This document shows positions 60,087-64,000 of a stretch of DNA of 64,000 nucleotides, one piece after another (within the stretch, counting starts at the first letter, position 1; every line of letters begins with the position of its first letter). The translations under genes and the position numbers were made by a program. This DNA is from Roseiarcus sp. (GTDB lineage: Bacteria > Pseudomonadota > Alphaproteobacteria > Rhizobiales > Beijerinckiaceae). The DNA is taken from the NCBI GenBank assembly GCA_035656495.1, contig DASRSL010000273.1:8524-72523 (forward strand). Reading direction: 5' to 3'. The notes beneath the pieces were generated by a model. That model ran no database searches. It was not told where the DNA came from and saw nothing but the letters and a program-made list of their open reading frames with translations.

Positions 60087-60436
60087 GGCTCTTGCGACGC
60101 CTCCTGCGTCGCACTCTTTCCGGGACGCAGGCCCGCCGCCTTGGCGATGGCGGGAAAGGCCTGGATCAACTCGCTGACCGAGAACTTGAGCTCGAGGAAG
60201 TCCGCATAAGTGAGCGCCGGATCGGCATGCGCAATCGCGCGCCAGGTCGCCTCCGCGAGGCGGTCGAGCTCGGCCTCGCCTAGCCGCGCGACGCTGTCGC
60301 TCGACATGGCCGGACCGCCGGCCGCGCGATAGATGTCGAACAAGGCCGGTTGGATCGCCTTGATCGCCCGGAATGGCAGGTGCGGCAGCGCCCAGCTCTT
60401 GCCGCCGAGCGCGACGGGGAACGTCTCCTCGCTCAC
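60062..60436 (-). CDS. Tail assembly chaperone (gpG-like)
   Basis: Between tail tube and tape measure; GTGA overlap; G GGA AAA near the 3' end. Confidence 0.8.
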   Translation of the reverse strand: MSEETFPVALGGKSWALPHLPFRAIKAIQPALFDIYRAAGGPAMSSDSVARLGEAELDRLAEATWRAIAHADPALTYADFLELKFSVSELIQAFPAIAKAAGLRPGKSATQEASQEPGKSISTP

Positions 60437-61167
60437 GCCGCGTCTCCAAAATTGAACTGGCAGACCTGACCGGCCGCGTTGGCGAAGCACTGGAAGTCGA
60501 GCTCGGGGATCAAAAAATCCTCGACCTTGGTGCCGAACGACAGTTTCTCGGCAACGCAATTGTAGAGCAGCACCGAGAACTGCTTTCCAGTGCTCGGGTC
60601 CGAGGCGAACAGGTTGGCCGAGAAGGCGATCGAGGGGCCGATGAGCTGCGAAGAGACCGCGATGCTCTCGCCGCTAGACGCACTCGTGTAGGAGTAGGAG
60701 ATCAGCACCGCCGCGCTCGCGTCGGCGGACGAAAAGGTGTAGACGCCGCTGGCAATGGAATATTGCCCTTGCGCCGGGTTCGAGGCGGCCGCCTTCAGGG
60801 GCAGCGAAGAGCTCGCATAGACCACGCCCTGGTCGGCGATGAAGGTCGCGTGATTGATCGTCGAGTAGGTATAGGGCGACGAGGAGGGCACGGTCGCCGT
60901 CTCGCCGAACTGGGTCTGCGTCGCGCCGGCGCTGGGCATAACCCCGAAGAAGAGCGATCCGAGAGCCTGGCCCGAAATCCGCGCCATCTTGGCCTTGCCG
61001 GTCATCTTCTTCGTGCCAGACCCGATGGCGAGCGGGAAGTTGTACTGCCCGTAGAGCGCCTTGGTGGTGGTGGAAATGTTGAGCGTCACTTCCTGCGCCA
61101 GGCCGAAATTGATCGGCGAGCCGCCTGCCGGCGTGCCGATCAGCACGCCCGAGCCGAATACGAACAT
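60433..61167 (-). CDS. Major tail tube protein
   Basis: MFVFGSGVL, TGKAKMARISG, K.EDFLIPELDF; gene position. Confidence 0.8.
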   Translation of the reverse strand: MFVFGSGVLIGTPAGGSPINFGLAQEVTLNISTTTKALYGQYNFPLAIGSGTKKMTGKAKMARISGQALGSLFFGVMPSAGATQTQFGETATVPSSSPYTYSTINHATFIADQGVVYASSSLPLKAAASNPAQGQYSIASGVYTFSSADASAAVLISYSYTSASSGESIAVSSQLIGPSIAFSANLFASDPSTGKQFSVLLYNCVAEKLSFGTKVEDFLIPELDFQCFANAAGQVCQFNFGDAA

Positions 61168-62072
61168 CGGGAACTCCGTTGGGGAATGGGCAAGAGCAAG
61201 GATGCACCGAGCGGGCGTCATCCGCACGGGCCGGGAGCAGCGCCCAGACAGCGCGGCTCACATTGAAGGGTGTTCGGAAGGGCAGGGAAGAGAGGTGGCT
61301 TCGTCGCCGCCCCCACTATCTCCAGTATCCAACACTGTGCCACCAGCCGAGTAAGCAGTCAAGAAAAAGTTCCTGTTTTGTTCAGACCAAGGCTCAGGAG
61401 CGCGCGCAGGTCGAGCATCGCTCTATTCGTCCCTCGTCGATCGCCTTGAGCACGGCCTCGATGCCGATCTCGACCGATTCGTCTCCGCGGAACACGTAAA
61501 CAGAAAGGACGTCGTTCTCGTCGACGCCGATCTCACCCTCTTCCCGACCAATGTCGCGGTGCGTGTGGTGGAAGCGCCCGCAACTTGAACAGCCTTCGAC
61601 CGATCGCCGACATGTTTTGCGTCCAGAGCGCTTACGCGATCGTGTCAGTCTTCTTCCAGCGCCTTTCTCACCGTCTTTCGTTGTCGAGCTGGCTCATGCT
61701 TGCGGTGATGGAAATGGCTGCTGACAGCAAGCCGTGAAAGATCGGCGCCCGTGGTGCGCTTCCCTGCGCCATCGGCGCGCGGGCGCACCATCAGCCCTTG
61801 AATATCGGCGTCAGGTCCTGGAACGAGGACAAACGCGTCGACTCCAGCGATCTCGCCTATGATCGCATACCTGGCGCAATCGAGCGCTCATGCGCGGTGG
61901 AGAGCAACGCGGCAAGCCGCGCCTCATCGACGGGCGCGCCGATCTTCGCCAAGCGCGTTTGCGCGCCCAGCACGAGGAAATCTCCCTCGAACGTCATCTC
62001 TGCCTTGACGACTTGCGTCGCAGCGGCGTCCCATCATCGTTTATCTCTGCGACGAAGGTCATCTCGCCTCAC

Positions 62073-62507
62073 TCACGGCAGGATGAGCCGCACGCTGACC
62101 ACCGCCAGCCCGTCGCCGTCGATGTCGCCCGTGTCGCGTACGGGCACGCCCATGATCTTGCAGTCGTGCACGGCGCCGCCGAGGGTCTGGCGGCCGAGGG
62201 CTGCGTCGGCGCCCGAGGGAGCGAGGCTCGCGTCGATGGCGTCGAGCGCCGCGTTGATCGCGCTCGCGCCCGGCGTCGTCGGATCGCGCGCGTCGAAATA
62301 GAAAAAGAGTTTCGCCTCGAGCGTTCTCTTGGGCGCCACGGGCGACGGCCACTGGTAGGCTTCCGGCCCCGATTCGAGCTGGAAGAACGCCGGGCGCATG
62401 GCCGCGGGGACTTCGCTCCAGAGCTTCATCCGCCGCGACGCCAGCCCCCACGGGTAGGCGCTCGAGACCGTGGCGAACAGCGCCGAGAAGGCGGCTTCGC
62501 GGCTCAT
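62073..62507 (-). CDS. Tail terminator-like protein
   Basis: MSREAAFSALF, QTLGGAV; position before the tail tube. Confidence 0.7.
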   Translation of the reverse strand: MSREAAFSALFATVSSAYPWGLASRRMKLWSEVPAAMRPAFFQLESGPEAYQWPSPVAPKRTLEAKLFFYFDARDPTTPGASAINAALDAIDASLAPSGADAALGRQTLGGAVHDCKIMGVPVRDTGDIDGDGLAVVSVRLILP

Positions 62508-62992
62508 GCGCGCTCCAAGACTTCAGCGGCGGCTTCGGCGAGCGCCTGGACAATCTCCCCGCTCATTTCGTCGAGCGAGGAGCGGAGATAGGACCGCTCG
62601 GGGATCACGGACCCGGGGTGTTCGACCTTGCGCGCGAAGCGCAGGGCGCCACCGACGACAAAGGCCAGCGCCTTCGCCTTTCCCGGAAGAATTTCGTGCG
62701 CGCTCGTTTTGCCGCCGTATTCCTGGATCGCCGCATATTTGACGTTGCCGTTCGAGCCGACCGTCGCGAGAATTCCGTCGGCGTCCGCCGAGACATCGCT
62801 GAAGATCGAGTCCCGCAGCGCGCCGGAGCGCGCGTTCAGAACGGCGCCGGCGAGCTTGTCGTCTCTGACGCGATCGGTGAGCTTTGCGGCGAGATCGCCG
62901 GCTTTCGCCGCGAGGGCCGCGCCGAGCGCCGCCGGATAGGCGTCGAGACGCGCGCCCGTCTCCTCGAGACCGACGAGCTCGAGCGCGAACAT
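62504..62992 (-). CDS. Neck/tail-completion protein (HK97 gp10-like)
   Basis: RSGALRDSI, VKYAAIQEYGG, PERSYLRS. Confidence 0.75.
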   Translation of the reverse strand: MFALELVGLEETGARLDAYPAALGAALAAKAGDLAAKLTDRVRDDKLAGAVLNARSGALRDSIFSDVSADADGILATVGSNGNVKYAAIQEYGGKTSAHEILPGKAKALAFVVGGALRFARKVEHPGSVIPERSYLRSSLDEMSGEIVQALAEAAAEVLERA

Positions 62993-63810
62993 CAGGCCAC
63001 CCGCTTGTAAAGCTGCAGCATCGCCAGGACGGGCGCGGAAATCGCGCTCATATCGTAGGCGATCGTCTCCTGTGCGCCGACCGACTTCGACCTGAGGCCG
63101 ATGCGCTCGGCCGCGCGAAAGCGTTCAGCCGCGAGCTCGAGCGCAGCCTGCGCGACGTCCTGCGGGATGAAGCCGTAGGAGAGGGCGACCGGCTGCCCGG
63201 CGTCGCCGGCGGAGAACGAATAGACGCCTCCGCTCACCGCATATTGCCCCACCCCCGGCGCCGCGGCGACGGGCGCGAGCGCGGCGCCGGTCGCGGCGTA
63301 GATCACGCCGAGGTCGGAGGCCCACGGCCCATAGGGGCAGACCGCGATGAGCTGGAATGGGGCCGAAAGCGGGGCCGTCTGGGCCTCGCCCTGCACGGCG
63401 TAGCCGGCGCGGTAGGAGATGACGAGGCTCTGTCGCCCGGGCCGATAGCAGTCGCCGAAGAGGTCGATCGCCTGGGGCCGGCCGGGCGGCGCGGCGTCGC
63501 CCGGCTGCAAGACGTAGCCGACCGAGGCGTCGAGGTCAGAACTCTGATCGGGCGGCACGATGATCCCGCGCCATAGCACCGAATTGACCTCAAGCACCGG
63601 CCATTGCCTCGGATAGACGCGCCGCGTCTCGAGATCGAGCGTCTCGGTGTAGGACTGCGGCAGCAGGGCCGGGCGGCTGAGCGCGGCGTAGACGCTCCTG
63701 CTCGCGGCGGTGACGAGGGCGGCGAGCGTCGCGTCGTTCGGCCCGGCGCTCGAAGGCAGGCCGAGCCAGGCCTTGAGCGCGGCGAGAGTGGTCAGGTCGT
63801 AAGGGGACAT
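62992..63810 (-). CDS. Head-tail adaptor with inserted domain
   Basis: DLTTLAALKAWL, SY.AGY, IPQDVAQAALEL. Confidence 0.8.
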   Translation of the reverse strand: MSPYDLTTLAALKAWLGLPSSAGPNDATLAALVTAASRSVYAALSRPALLPQSYTETLDLETRRVYPRQWPVLEVNSVLWRGIIVPPDQSSDLDASVGYVLQPGDAAPPGRPQAIDLFGDCYRPGRQSLVISYRAGYAVQGEAQTAPLSAPFQLIAVCPYGPWASDLGVIYAATGAALAPVAAAPGVGQYAVSGGVYSFSAGDAGQPVALSYGFIPQDVAQAALELAAERFRAAERIGLRSKSVGAQETIAYDMSAISAPVLAMLQLYKRVA

Positions 63811-63898
63811 GGGACGCTCGCAGGGCGACCGCGAAAGTGGGAGCGGCGGCGCGCGGGAGAACGATCGCGCGCCGCCGCGATCGGAACGGCTGGGAGGC

Positions 63899-64000
63899 TC
63901 AGCCGTTGCCGATATTGGTGAGAATGCCGACGCCGAACGGCGCGTAGACGGCGAGGGTCTCTTCGGCGTAGACGCCGAACTCGCGCCGGCGGGTGCGCAG
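63899..64000 (-). CDS. Major capsid protein C-terminus (partial)
   Basis: LRTRRREFGVYAEETLAVYAPFGVGILTNIGNG*; upstream of the adaptor and followed by a GC hairpin. Confidence 0.65.
   Translation of the reverse strand: MRTRRREFGVYAEETLAVYAPFGVGILTNIGNG

Larger units (their letters stand above)
41079..64000 (-). mobile_element. Prophage or GTA-like late-gene cluster, continuing beyond the window
   Basis: Co-oriented capsid, neck, tail, fibre and lysis genes; no integrase or replication genes in the window. Confidence 0.9.

Noticed and set aside
60116-60122. Second slippery site (C GGA AAG) in the chaperone
   Set aside because: Does not fit the X XXY YYZ pattern; the downstream G GGA AAA does.

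Overview
GC-rich alphaproteobacterial DNA; gene content and repeat families suggest Hyphomicrobiales. Bases 1-40.7 kb are chromosomal metabolism: pirin/LysR, two c-type cytochromes, an MFS transporter, NfuA, two sugar ABC transporters, an inositol/rhizopine-type module (IolR-like boxes, mocD/mocE-like genes), topoisomerase IB, valine catabolism (mmsA, acyl-CoA dehydrogenase, mmsB), anmK, a PduO-type transferase, lysA and purD. Decayed toxin-antitoxin and other gene fragments are scattered through this part. Bases ~41.1-64 kb are a minus-strand siphovirus/GTA-like late operon: capsid C-terminus, adaptor, tail tube, a -1 frameshifted chaperone, short tape measure, two distal-tail genes, hub, NlpC/P60, tail tip, two Mtd-N fibres, endolysin and membrane genes. 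The most notable features are (i) a MotA/TolQ/ExbB-like, Asp-anchor partner and third membrane protein trio inside the lysis cassette, (ii) signal-peptide-bearing tailspike-like proteins, (iii) one small domain inserted in three different virion proteins, and (iv) host-type palindromic repeats that supply ribosome-binding sites and protein termini to phage genes. All family calls come from motif recognition by eye; no database searches were run.
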